Shown piece by piece: positions 25,046 through 37,800 of a stretch of DNA of 64,000 bases (positions are counted from its first letter, which is position 1; each line of letters begins with the position of its first letter). The translations under genes and the position numbers were made by a program. The stretch is taken from contig CAIIXF020000001.1 of NCBI GenBank assembly GCA_903813345.2, positions 38,564,001-38,628,000 on the forward strand, in the 5' to 3' direction. The notes beneath the pieces were generated by a model. That model did no database searches. It was given only the letters and a program-made list of their open reading frames with translations, and was not told where the DNA came from. This DNA comes from Owenia fusiformis. Its lineage: Eukaryota.

Positions 25046-25616
25046 ACAGGGTGTCCCAAAAGTATGCCCCCCCCCCCCCCTAGGCAGACATATACCAGTG
25101 TCGTCATAGTATGTGTCATATATCATTTTAAAGCTTATCCAAGTTACATTGATTCGCCAAGTATCGTGGTTCAACTCCCAAATGTGAAGAAATTACAGTC
25201 ATTTCAAAATTTAGTGTTTGGTCAAAATGAAGTTCAATTTTACACCAAATCACTAGTCAATGTGTCCTCCTGGGCCATCTTAACAGCAGCAATTCTTTTC
25301 GGGTCGGAGGGATATTGAGTTGAAAAAGAGAACAGTGAGGGTAGAAACTCTAAGGAAACTCTTCTAAAGTCCCTTAACAGGTGTTAAGAGGGTTATAAAA
25401 TTCCACAACCCTATTTGAAGGGCTTTTAAGGTCATATCTGAAAATAATCGCTGCTGTTAACATGGCCAAGGGGGGACACATTGACTAGTAATGTGGTGTA
25501 AATTGAACTTTATTTAGACAAAACACTAAATTTTGAAATGACTAATTTCTTCACATTTGGGAGTTGAACCACGATACTTGGCGAATCAATGTAACTTTGG
25601 ATAACCTTTAAAATGT
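25046..25616. mobile_element. Tc1/mariner-type long-IR MITE, right end truncated
   Basis: ta|cagggtgtcccaaaa left end; ~175-bp inverted arms at 25124-25300 and 25441-25615. Confidence 0.7.
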
Positions 25617-25677
25617 ATGTATTATATCTTGAGCTGTACGAGTTTTTATTGTCCGAGATTAATAAATCTTTTATTGA

Positions 25678-26349
25678 CTAGGGCTGCTGAAGTCTTGTTG
25701 ATTGACTCAATTGTTCTTTCTCTTTCACATCCTGCTGACTAAAATAGTTGTACATTATGACACCAGGCATCATTATAGATAATCCAATCAGAGTAAACAC
25801 TGTAGTTTCATTAAACACTGGGCCCCAGGCAAACTCAGGTGAACATTGGAAAAATGTCCACCATATGGGGTATGGGGGTGTACGTGAAGGGTCACTAGCA
25901 TACACAACCAATAATCCATTCAGTCCATTAAATGATCCGACCATCACTACATGGTACCATTTAGATGTGGGCAATATTGGCATGTCCCTGTCAATGATGT
26001 AGAAGATGATAGGAAACCAGAATGCGGAGAACAGGAGCACATTGTATTCATCACCCTTGGCTCTATTAACAGCTTGAGAATGTAATGGTAAGGTAATGTT
26101 CATAGCAACGTTAAATAGCACAGAGAATATAGCCAAGCAAATATTCAGCGCTTTCATGGGGACATATACCCCTAATATGTCAACATGTTGTTCTATTGTT
26201 GGAGTTTCATGAAGTCTTGTGTGTGAGTCAGTATCTATGTTCTCATCTGGCTCATCCGTTGCACTCTCACCGGTCCCAATTAGCCCTGCTTTGGAGTAAC
26301 TTAAGGGCTTTTCTCCTTTTAAAAATGGCTGCATTTCCGTAGTAGACAT
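25678..26349 (-). pseudogene. Intronless CRT-like (chloroquine-resistance-transporter homolog, DMT superfamily) ORF, apparently internally deleted in frame
   Basis: 223-aa ORF with hydrophobic segments and motifs NVAMNITLP, GSFNGLNGLLVVYASDPSRTPPY and IWWTFF..FTLIGLSIMMPGVIMYNYF, which resemble invertebrate crt homologs. It is about half the expected length and jumps from RTPPY straight to WWTFF. A 5'-UTR acceptor tttcag lies at 26414-26409. Confidence 0.6.
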
Positions 26350-27974
26350 CTTTAGAATTCCAACCGAACTGCTATGTGATAGAAATTTTGTTAACACTTG
26401 AAAAAAGCCTGAAATTGAAAAAGACTACTATGAAATGCATCATTTGTTCGACTGGATGTGAGAAATGAAAATGAACATCTATGTAATAACTACTGTAATA
26501 AATATATTACAGTACTAAAACAATACAGTACTCTGGATTTTCATATCATAATTGTTGTCTGAAACATTAAATAAATTATTAAAATGAGTTGTTTATCAAG
26601 ACTTCAATCGGTAAAATGTATTTGACCTGTTTTGAAAACTATATCATCTTTGAAAGCTCTACCAGTACAAAAACTAGAGATGAATGTGTATTAGCTAAAT
26701 AAACTTTTAATTATAAAATGGACCAACGATTCAGTGGAACTTTACAGAATTTTAATAAAGGTTATGTAATTGACAATAGGACCGAAACCTAGAAAGTTGT
26801 TGTTAGTTATCTAGACTGATCAATTTTTGGCACACACTGTACTTGTAATTGGTCATTTATTTTTTTACTGGATTCAGTGTATTGCTTCCTTAAATATTTA
26901 TCACTATAGCAATCAATACTCAGAAGCAGCATTTTGATTGTTTGTTTGTTTGTTTGTTTGATCATATAAATATTATTATTAATTTGGTGTGTACAAGGGC
27001 AACATAAAGAATACAAGAAATATCAAATGCAGAATTGTTCAGTAAAAATTAATTTAGCTTGTACAGCTGTAAGTTGTATTGTTGCTGATCTTTCTATAAG
27101 ACATGTATTCAAATGGTAAATTGAAATACATGCTGCACCAATAAAGTCATGAGTTTCCTCTAGCTGATTTATTGCATATTAACTTGTCTTTACACATGCT
27201 TTACACTGGTCCCCACCTTGCTATAAGACGTATAACTGCTGGTATAATATTTAGACGGAGGTCCTAAGAAATTGTTGTCATATGGTATTTTGTTCCAACA
27301 AGCTTCGGGAAGATATTATACATCATTCTCAAGAATTGGTAAAAAGGAACAAAAAACAATTGCACTAAAAACAAAAAATGTTAACAAAAACAGTTATATA
27401 AAATATATATAAATTATTTTCGCATTAAATTGTTGTCAATGAGTCAAAATTTTCTTTTCCCAAGAAATTAAAAGCACTTCAGTAAAATACTCATTTCCAT
27501 TCACCATTTGATTTGATTTGATTGGAAAGTTTTACTCTTTATACCTTTTGAAAGTGCCACACTAATATAGTTAAATCTGTAATGCACATTGTACAACTCC
27601 AGCCTTTCATAAATTGATCAAAAAACAAAAATGCATCTCAAAAGTTCTAATAATTCCATCTTTGTAAATCTGACATCAAAAGTATTCTATTTTTTAATAC
27701 GGGGATCATGGCCATGGATAAATATAAAACACTCACATTTGGCAGGCTAATCGATCGGGAGATGTTTTTTTTTAATTCAGTCATAAAATTGTAGAATAAC
27801 AAAAATGTTCATATATAGATGTCACCGCCTATCTGAAGCTTAGAATACTTTTACAGCGTATAACATGGTATAATTCAGGGTATTATTGATTTTATAGGCC
27901 ACCGTAGACTATGCCGATAAGCGATAATGCTGGAGTGTATATAGACAATACAATTAACGGTAGTAGTAGCCGTC

Positions 27975-28073
27975 GCCGAAATAGCTCAGTTGGGAGAGCG
28001 TTAGACTGAAGCGGCTGGTATCCATGATACGCCAGGAATCTAAAGGTCCCTGGTTCAATCCCGGGTTTCGGCA
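27975..28073 (+). tRNA. tRNA-Phe-GAA: tRNA-Phe(GAA) with 26-nt intron (28012-28037)
   Basis: GCCGAAATAGCTCAGTTGGGAGAGCGTTAGACTGAAG [intron] ATCTAAAGGTCCCTGGTTCAATCCCGGGTTTCGGCA matches canonical animal cytosolic tRNA-Phe. The intron sits at position 37/38, and the A and B boxes are intact. Confidence 0.96.
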
Positions 28074-28090
28074 TGGAACACAAGGCTAAA

Positions 28091-28103
28091 TTTTTTATTT
28101 TTT
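28091..28103 (+). terminator. Pol III oligo-T terminator of tRNA-Phe
   Basis: TTTTTTATTTTTT starting 18 nt after the tRNA. Confidence 0.7.
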
Positions 28104-28814
28104 GCAATTGTCCTTCTCTATGATTTTTCAATTGCACATGGTACTTCTAATGCAATATCTAAAACAATTAATTATATTTATTTTATATATTTATTTTAAA
28201 TAATTGTTACTTTTAATTCACAGGATCTATTTGTGGTTTTGTCCATTTGTACGATTTGCAACGTTCCCATCGGATCATGATGATCAGATAGACTATTCTT
28301 GTACTTCTAGGGTTCGTTGGTGATTATTTAGGATGAGACATTGTGACACCAACAAACCTAGAGGGGTGTTGGGGTGCATGTCCCCTCCCCCTAAAAAGGC
28401 AGACTTTTTAATCAAAATAGACCAGTGAATCGGCATAAATCCTACGCTCTGAAATTGGTCAGAATGCACCAAGATGTTCAATTTTCAAAATTTCCCGGGG
28501 AGGAGGAGGCGAACCCCCAAAACCTCCCTACTCTCCCTCTGAAATTGGCCTGATTGCACAACATAATGTTAAACATAATGTTATTCTTAAACGCCCCCCC
28601 CCCCCCCCAACACAAAATCCCGGGTCTGCCCCTGTGTGATGATCATGAAATAGCCTAATGCATGTCTTGTATTTCTTCAAAGAATATCAAAGACGCAATA
28701 CTTAACTCTATGTCAATGCTTTAAAAATAAGCATTTTTGCCTTAATTTGCAACAAAAAATTTTATCCACAAAACAGCAATATGTTGCAAAAGAAATGCCT
28801 CTGTCCCAAATGAA

Positions 28815-29575
28815 TTTGTGATTCAATAGTTTTTCTTCAGTTGATTTAATTTTTAAAGCTATAAAACAAAATTCCAATGAGAATTTATCATGGCACAATC
28901 AATTCAATCTTTCCATCTAAAAATAATTCAGTGGGTGATTACCTATTTAAGTGAACAACAACCAATGAACTAATGTTATATTACCATACTCGATCAGGGA
29001 TAACTTCGAATCAAGTTGTATTCAAATTACAACAAAGAATATGAACTGCAATAAACATACTTACTCCCTGATTTGCATATTTTTGATTTTTGTTTATACC
29101 ATGTTAATTTTCATTGGAATTTTGTTTTCCAGCTGTAAAAATTAAATCAACTGAAGAAAAAATTATTGAATCACAAAAGGACGATTCTCGGTTTGGAGAA
29201 CGAAGTTCATCAATCTAAATGAGCATTATCCCCGCTTCGGATAAATTTGATTTTTTTTACACAATAGATTTGAATGTCTTCTTTTGAATAGTCATAATTT
29301 AATTTGGGTAATATTTCTAGATTTTTCGCCAAAAAATATTAGCCCAGTACACTGATGAACTTCTTTCCCCAAATCGAGACTTGTATTTTATTGAATCGGT
29401 CTAATTGAGCGTTATCCCTGCTTCAGACCAATTTGTTATTTCAGACCAATTTATTATCTTGTAGATTTAAATGTCCTCTTTTGAATATTCATAGTTAATT
29501 TGGGTAATGTATACTTTTCATGAAAAAAATTATTAGCCCAGGAGACCGTTCTCCAAACCGAGAATCGTCCTTTAT
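28815..29575. repeat. Nested inverted repeats (degenerate MITE cluster)
   Basis: 28815-28887 is inverted to 29107-29177; 29176-29202 is inverted to 29547-29573. Confidence 0.6.
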
Positions 29576-29691
29576 TAGACTTTATAGACTTTAGCTCATA
29601 CTTCTCAATTGACACGGGGGATAATTTTTCTGTCATAACTCAACAGCATATATATTTATTTATTACATTTATTTATTCACATGTACATGTA

Positions 29692-30791
29692 CGAGGGGTG
29701 ATCCAAAAGTCTTGGACGCCTTACTCTAATTTTGTTGGTTTTTGAGAAAATTACTTCAAACTTTCCAATAATAAAGATCAACAACCTAACTACTTTGTGT
29801 ATTAATTTCATTGAGAAATGATATGTTTTATGTAGTTTTCTAGACAGTTTTTAATATGGGGTCCCTGCCACCCGGAACGGTATTCACACATGACAACTTT
29901 CAGCCTTAAATGTTGCCGACATTTGACTTGTTTCGCAAGTCTTGACCACTGTCTTTCTTTGAATTGTGAATGTTAAACCATGTTAGTTTACTTCCTTTCT
30001 TCTAGGCAACCATTTAATTGTATTTTAATTATAATGTCACATATGACAATGATTATACATGTCAAATTCTAAGAAAATGAGATCAGACAAGCAACCCTCA
30101 TTCTGGTATCATTTTTGCTCCAAAATGGCTGCTGAAATGCAGAACATGAAAGAAATCAAAGTGGAACAAAGAATACTACAAAAAATTATCACTATTATTG
30201 ACCTTTAGCAGCTACCATAATGTCATATGCACAATACAGTCTAGATATGGCTCCGTGTGATTTTCTTCCTTTTCTCGAAGTTGAAAGGAGGGTTGAAAGA
30301 AAATGTTTTTTTACTCATTGGATGAGGTTTAGAGTAGCACTCCAGCAGCATTTGTATCACATGAGGAATGGCGGTTTCATAAATGTCTTCCATTCATTTG
30401 TAAAGCGGTATGAAAGATGGGATCAAATTTGTGGAAAATATGTTGAAAAGTAGGTCTTAATAGGTGAAGATGCTGATGGCAGATGACACTCAGATTGAAA
30501 ATCGGAAAATCTCTCATATAATGACTGGTGTTAGGTTGTGCAACTGCACCTAAAGTATTTGCCATATTATAACAGTTGTGACGTGATTTGCTATATTTAA
30601 ATACCGTTCCGGGTGGCAGAGACCCAGTGTTAAAAAATCTTTACCAAAAAGCTAAAGTATATTATTTTCTGTTGAAACTTATACACAAAGTTGTTAAGAT
30701 GTTGATCTTTATTATCTGAAAGTTTCGTGCAATTATATTAGAAAATAGCAAAGTTAGAGCGGGGCGTCCAAGACTTTTGGATCACCCCTCG
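29692..30791 (+). mobile_element. Internally deleted mariner element with ~190-bp TIRs
   Basis: TA TSD; TIR cgaggggtgatccaaaagtcttggacgcc; transposase remnants MAAEMQNMKEIKVEQR (~30126) and YSLDMAPCDF (30235-30264), the mariner YSPDLAPxD motif. Confidence 0.88.
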
Positions 30792-31847
30792 TAAACATTT
30801 TAATTTGTATATTGCAGGCTATTTACAGTTGTTGACTGTTATCAATAAAATGTCCAATTAACTCTTTCGAATCATCACTTATACTTTCACAAACAGGAAA
30901 ATAAATGTGATTAAAAAAATAGTCTATATGTATAAACATAATATAATACAGATATACTTGTGGTAACATGTGCAGTCCCTCACATTCAAGTTTTCTTGAC
31001 AAAAAGTTTAGTATGATTAGTCAATAAATGAATAATATGGCAAAAATAGGCCAAGTGAAGTCTATGGCAAGGATAGGCCAAGTGCAGTCCATGTGGATAC
31101 CTGGTAAAGTGTAGTCCATGTGGATATTCGGTACTACAAGACGGTCCTAGTGAGCAATATTGTCTACACAGAAATGGTCCGAAACATTTTTAAATGTTTG
31201 TGTATATATATATATATACAAATGAATGTAGATTATTTTGAGGAATAAATGTATGACTAAATATCCTTTGGTGTATACAATATATTGAGTTTCTTTACTG
31301 GGAAGGATTGAATATGTGATTTATACTTAGGGTATATGATATTTTCCAGTATGACCAGGTGAATAGATTCTAATATGTGGTCAACCAGTTGAAAACAATT
31401 TTTGAGGAGGAATTTTTCAATATCAATTATATCCCCTGGTGTTATTCACCAGGCATAAGAGTATCATGGCATATTCAATTTAACTTCAGCCTTTAAACAG
31501 ACTGATTTTTGTCTACAAACAACCTTGACTAATACAGTGAAGGACTGGCTGTTGAATGAGCTATATATTTTGATCACTACGCTATAGAATTCATGACATC
31601 TTTCCTGTAGCACCTTTCTCTATATACTGTATCTTCATCTCTATAGAGTCACTTCAAGTCTATACTCCCATCTATACTGTGGCACTCCCGGGGGGGGCAC
31701 ATCATTCTATATACTATAGTCCATATGGTATCTTCATCACTATAGAATTCAATTCTGTCCTATGGCACCTCTCTCTATACAATACAATGTATATCTTCAT
31801 CACTATAAACTTAATTTTGTTGGTCCTGAAGCACTGTTCTCTAATCT

Positions 31848-34800
31848 CTATATATCTTCATCACTATAGAATTCTTGTCTATCCAGTGGCAACTGTGTTG
31901 ATTTGAAGTCCTCTCTCAAAGCATCAAGTTCTTCAAGTTCCATCTTTAAAAGAAAATCAATGTTCTTAAGTTTCCTCAGATATTGATAATTATATATAAT
32001 CACACATATACCATATTATCATATACAATTGTCTGTTCATGTATAATTTTGTCTCTTTATTTCAGAGATATTGTCTACAAGCCTATATTCAGCTTTTGCC
32101 AAGGGGGTTTACTTTTTTAAAAATTCCGGGGGAGGTCATTCGACCTGAAAAATCTTTTACTTGAATGGTGTAAAACTATTTGATTTAAAAAAAGTTTAGG
32201 TCAGGGGGATTTGCTTGCACCCACTGGACCGGTGTAAAAGGGTAGGAGGTCCTATTAATTTATGGTCCTACTCTCCATTGATTTATATGGTGACCTCTTT
32301 GTGGTCTTTCCCTTATTATCTTATACACAATCAGGGCCAGTAAGGGCCTTTAAAAGGGGGACCATAATTTCTTTCACACCGGCACTGGCTACAGGCATGA
32401 TCTAGGAGTTCTAGTATATGGCTTACATGTCGTCGCATGAGAATAACTTTGTACTATCTCACATTTTTACGGAACTGAGAAATCAAGGTTTGAAAGTTTA
32501 GAGGTCTATATCTTACTTAGTATTGCTATGTGAAACTTGATTTTTTGTATGTCACCTGGTCTCACCCTAGAGATATTTTATATGAAATATCATACCTTGA
32601 AACAATTTACAAGATCCTTTTTTAAAACTATGGAAATGGAGTTGATACAATTTCCCACTGGAATAACAGCTTATTTCTAATTTCAAATTGTCATATCTGA
32701 TATCAACTGTTTCAACCAATCAGCTCTCTAAGAATTGGTCATGTGACTTGCAAAACTTGGAGTTATAACAATCTTATATTAAAACAAAGTATGCCAATAT
32801 GCATGTTATTGTATCTAGAATGAAAAATAATGTTTTGCTTTGTAAAAAAATCTTCAAAAACCAAAGAATATTATTTAATAAAATAAAGAAAATTCAATTT
32901 ATAAAACTTTAAAATCAATTTCTCAAATAAGTACAATTATTTCTTAATTTTGGAATCTCAGGACACCCTTCAAAAAGAATTTATTGCCTTTGAAACTAAG
33001 GCAGAAGTACAATGCCTTGAAACCAATGATGCCAATATGGTCCCCCACATATTTCCCTCGGTATAAACCCTGTAGCCTAAACCTCCCAGCACATTACAAT
33101 GTAGGTCCTAAGGGCCGGTCCGCTGGTCATTATCAGGTTATTTTTGATACAGACCAGTTGATTCTTTCACCGGGTATAGGAGAATAACATTGCAACTGGT
33201 CCGTAATTCCATTTTGACCAGCAGGTTTCAGATCCTTAGGGCCTAAGACATAACCAATTTTTATTACATGCACATGGAAGAAATTTGAAAATAGAAAAAT
33301 AATTTCTAATTAATTTTAGATTAATGAAAGGGATGAAACCTCGATTTAGGTAATCAAATTTTGTTCATTGGGATGCAGCTATCACTATCCATTCATTTTT
33401 TGTTGTTTGCTACTTTGTGGAGTACAATTGGGAATTGAAGCAATTGTAGAAGTGGAGACTAAGAGTGGCTCTTTTTAAAGAAATTGAACCAATTTGTTAC
33501 TTTTCCAAAAGAAAATGTAGATGATCTAAAAACAATGATCCAAAAAAATGCAGAAGAAAGGACAAATCTGAAAAACATACTAGTAAATAACTAAAAAGAT
33601 CCCAGATGTTCAGTGAAAATTTTAAAGTAAATCATAGATGAAGAGAAAATAAAATAAGTGTTTTAAGGGACTATACTAACATAAAGATAACTCCTTATTG
33701 ATATAGTGTATGGTCAGTAAAAGTTAAAGCTAGTTTAAATAGATTTAGCTTTTTTTCCACAAACTATAAAACATCATTTTGAAAGAGATTTCAATAGTAT
33801 ACAGACAGTGATTGCCTTTGAGCGATGTAGTGCAAAATATGACAGTTACTATTTGTTTTGATTACTATATCTAGTATATAACCTATTATTATGTACTCTA
33901 TTTGAAGAAACAAATAAGTAGTCTTTCATTTTCAACATTTAATGATGACAGCTTCGTATATGCATTTCTATTGCATTTGGCCATTCAAACCCCTATAAGA
34001 CCTGGTAGCAAGGAAGATAAAGGGTACTTTTGACTGCTCACATGATCTAATTAACTGGTCATTTGTACTTTTCATCTTCCCTGGTAGCAAGGATTTAGGT
34101 TTTCGAGGAAATCAGTAATTCTATTTCATATCATGTGGCCATGAATAATCCAATGAGCATCCATAATACAAAGAGTAATTGAGGGCATATAATTTGAATA
34201 TGCATGGGATTACACATACTGTATCATTTTATTTTTTTGATCTACTTGTAATAGTTCTAAAACTAAACTGAAAGGCCAGGCATGCAAACTGGCATGGTAT
34301 TGTGTTACAAAACATTATTTCATTCTAGATACAATAACATGCATATTGGCATACTTCGTTTTAATATAAGATTGTTATAACTCCAAGTTTTGCAAGTCAC
34401 ATGACCAATTCTTAGAGAGTTGATTGGTTGAAACAGTTGATATCAGATATGACAATTTGAAATTAGAAATCAGCTGTTTGTCTGGAGATGGTACAATTTC
34501 ACACTGAATTCTAGCTTAATGAGAGGGAATTGAGATGGGGCATGTATCTGAGATGAAAGCCTGTGTTTCAAATAGTAAAATTCCATGTCTATCTCAATTT
34601 TTTTGAAAATGGCAGTTAGTACAAAGTTATTCTCACGCGACGATGTATGTTTATTGCTATGTCAGCAATACATGTACTACTTAATGAGATTTCGTTAGTA
34701 AGGAAGATAGTCCTTCCAACATAAAGGTAATGCTTACTTTAACTTGAGACAAATAGCAGCTACGTTTGGTTGCAATCGCCTTCATAGGGAAGGGATTCAA

Positions 34801-37800
34801 TTCATTGAAGGCTATCTACAAACAAGACAACACAAGGTATTAACAAGCCATATCAGAAAAATGGTGACAGATATTGGCTGCAATGAGAAGACTTACTATA
34901 ATAACATTGTATAGGTGTTTACTAAGTTTTAATGATTCAGTTTCAGTTTCAGATTACTGGGTCGAATAAAAATGTTTTCTATGATGAAAACATTAACTAT
35001 TTACATGTACCTGTGCAATTCTATTGCTATCCACCATATGTTCCCCTATGATGCGCATGTAGCGATGTATGGCCATGCTGTCATGTAATTGCAATATTTC
35101 ATCCTCCTTGTATTTGAAGAAAGCCAGAGCAAACCTGAAGAGCACCTAAAACAAAATAATCACACTTAGGACAGGAAAATTGTTTTTGGTTACCAAGCAT
35201 GTAGCAAGATTCCTTTTATTTATCAGTAGATTATTTTGTCTGAAATACTATTCTTATATCTGGTTGTGCATTAGATGGTAAATAAGAACAAATCAAAATC
35301 AGATATTTAACTTGAAATACTGGTACAATAACTAATCTTAACATATATACAGTTACAATCTGAGTTTTCAATTCAAAACCTTTCAGTATGAAATTTTCCC
35401 TTACCTTGCTTCCCTCATAAAGGAAAGCATCCCATATTCTGAGGAACATTTCTACAGGGATGTTGTCAACGAACACAGTAAGGAACCAATTGAATGTGAA
35501 AAGTGAAAGATCAACCTCTTTGTGCTCTAAGTGGCTGGCAAGTTTTGGAAGTTTATCAGCAATCAATTCTTTCAGCACCCTCTATAAAAGAGCATCGCAA
35601 TTTTAGCAACCGGAACCATAATATCTGCAACAATAATGACACAGGACAATCTTAGCCTATCTCTAAAACTCGGACAAGATATTTTGAAGACACTATGAAA
35701 CAGAGAATGGTAAATCTAAGGAGAGCTAAATCAAATATAGAGCCATAGAGAATCTGTATGGAATCAGCAACACATCTCTCCAAGAGATGTAAGAGTCTAC
35801 ACCAGCCCGTAGCCAGAATTTTCTAAGGGGGGTTCACTTTTCCAAAAAATTCTAGGGGGGGTTCACTTTGGCAAATTTGGCCAAAAATCACTCAAAAAAT
35901 AGTCAGAATGCATGATTTTAAAGAAATTTTGGCCAGAACCCCCCCCCCCCCCCCCCTCCCCGGCTACACTCACCTGGTCAACCTGAGCAGCTATAAGGGT
36001 TCTACTGAAGTAGTCTACAGGCATCAACACCTCTACTATACAAACAAGACACCAAAAGGCATCTTCCTCAGATAGGAACAACAGGGCTATTGCAGCAAGT
36101 CTGTTCAAACCCTAGATTTATAAACATGTACAATATTGCAAAGCATTACAATGACTCAACATGTACAATCCCCACTTTTTAGTGATCATATCTAGATTTT
36201 CGAAAACAAACGTTGGCAATAATCATTGAACCCTCTTTTGTGCAATCAGCATAGAGTTTTTCAAATGAGATTCTAAGAATTTTATCTGTATGCACATATT
36301 TGTACTTCAATTCTAGGATTAAGAAAGGTTCCATCGTGTTGTTCTGATAGACCAATTCAACTGAATAATTTAAACGAGGACATGAATGTTAAGGATGCAG
36401 GTAGCTTGTGAATGAGAAGCCTGTGCTTAAAATCTTACCTGGCAATATCCTATGAGAGGATTGTGGTAACTGTAAGCCAGTAGCACCCTGCGTAACTTTG
36501 GCACCCCAGCAGAGTCAAGCTTTTCATAGTGTTTGTTATTGGGCAGAGTTCGTAGAAGATCTAATTCAATCTAGAATTTAAATCACAAAATGTTGATGAA
36601 TTAAGAATTAATCATAGTACACATGCAGGTACCAGAATCTAAATCATATTTCAATGATGTCATGGGAGATCAAATTTTAAAAGTTTTGTTACATGTAATC
36701 TATATATGTAAAGTGAGAAAATTTTACATGGCAGGCAGCTCTGAGACTAAAAGCAACATTTTTTCTGACCTAAGGCATTACTAAATTAAGTGTACATCTG
36801 GTAGTACTTGTATGTTGTCTGAGAATAAATGTCTACAATTCCCAAGGATATTGTCCCAGCTGAATATGAGACATGGTAAATTGGGGGAAGAGTGCTAGAT
36901 GACATGAAATCCTACCTGCTTAGCTGCTGGGTTAAATCTATTGCTGCCTCTTCGTTCTCTTCTAAGCTTTTCATAATAGTTATCTCCCTTCTTCTGTTTA
37001 AGTCTGCTAACATGGTACATTGTACAACTACAATATGAATAAAAGAGAACTGCATAACTACTAATACATACTATACATGTCTTATTTTCAGTGTTTTACA
37101 CTTACAAATATGTATTATGGCAAATCATGAGGTACCAAAATAAATTATTAATATCATTTTATAAAACTATAAAAATATACAGTAAACCTGTGTACAGGGA
37201 ATGCTCTCCATACTGGTTGAAACTGATCATGGATTGAGAAAACTGCACAATGACTATAATATTGTGATGCATAACATGATTACCTGCCCATTTGAAGTAA
37301 AGCCTTAGTCACATTTGCTCTACGAAGGGTGTGCGGTGGCTGTAGCTATTATGCCTGCATATTTCTCTTGATTGTGGGAAGCTATGGCCACCGTAGGGTT
37401 GCCGTAGATCAAATATGACTGAGGCAAGCCACATAAATGATATAAATCTTACAATTTCCATATCTTAGGCCTATAATCTGTATAGATCCCTCCCCTCACA
37501 AGGGACTTCAATTCAGGATTACGCACTATCTGCCTCTCTCCCTGGCCCATCATATAGTTCTCCCATCTTACTTGGTTTGACTGTTCATACTCTGAATTCT
37601 AAATAAAAATATGCACCATATACATGTAACTGTAAATATTACAACACTGCCATAACTGAATTCATCAATTAGATATCCAAAATTTTCAAGAAAGGCTCAG
37701 TGTTAAAGCATCACCCCATGCAGACAAATCACTTAAAATTGCATTCGTATGATGCAAGACTCAACATTCACCACAAAACTAGAAACATTTTGCCACCCAT

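Noticed and set aside
27892..28137. 81-aa ORF antisense to the tRNA
   Set aside because: Chance ORF across a tRNA gene.
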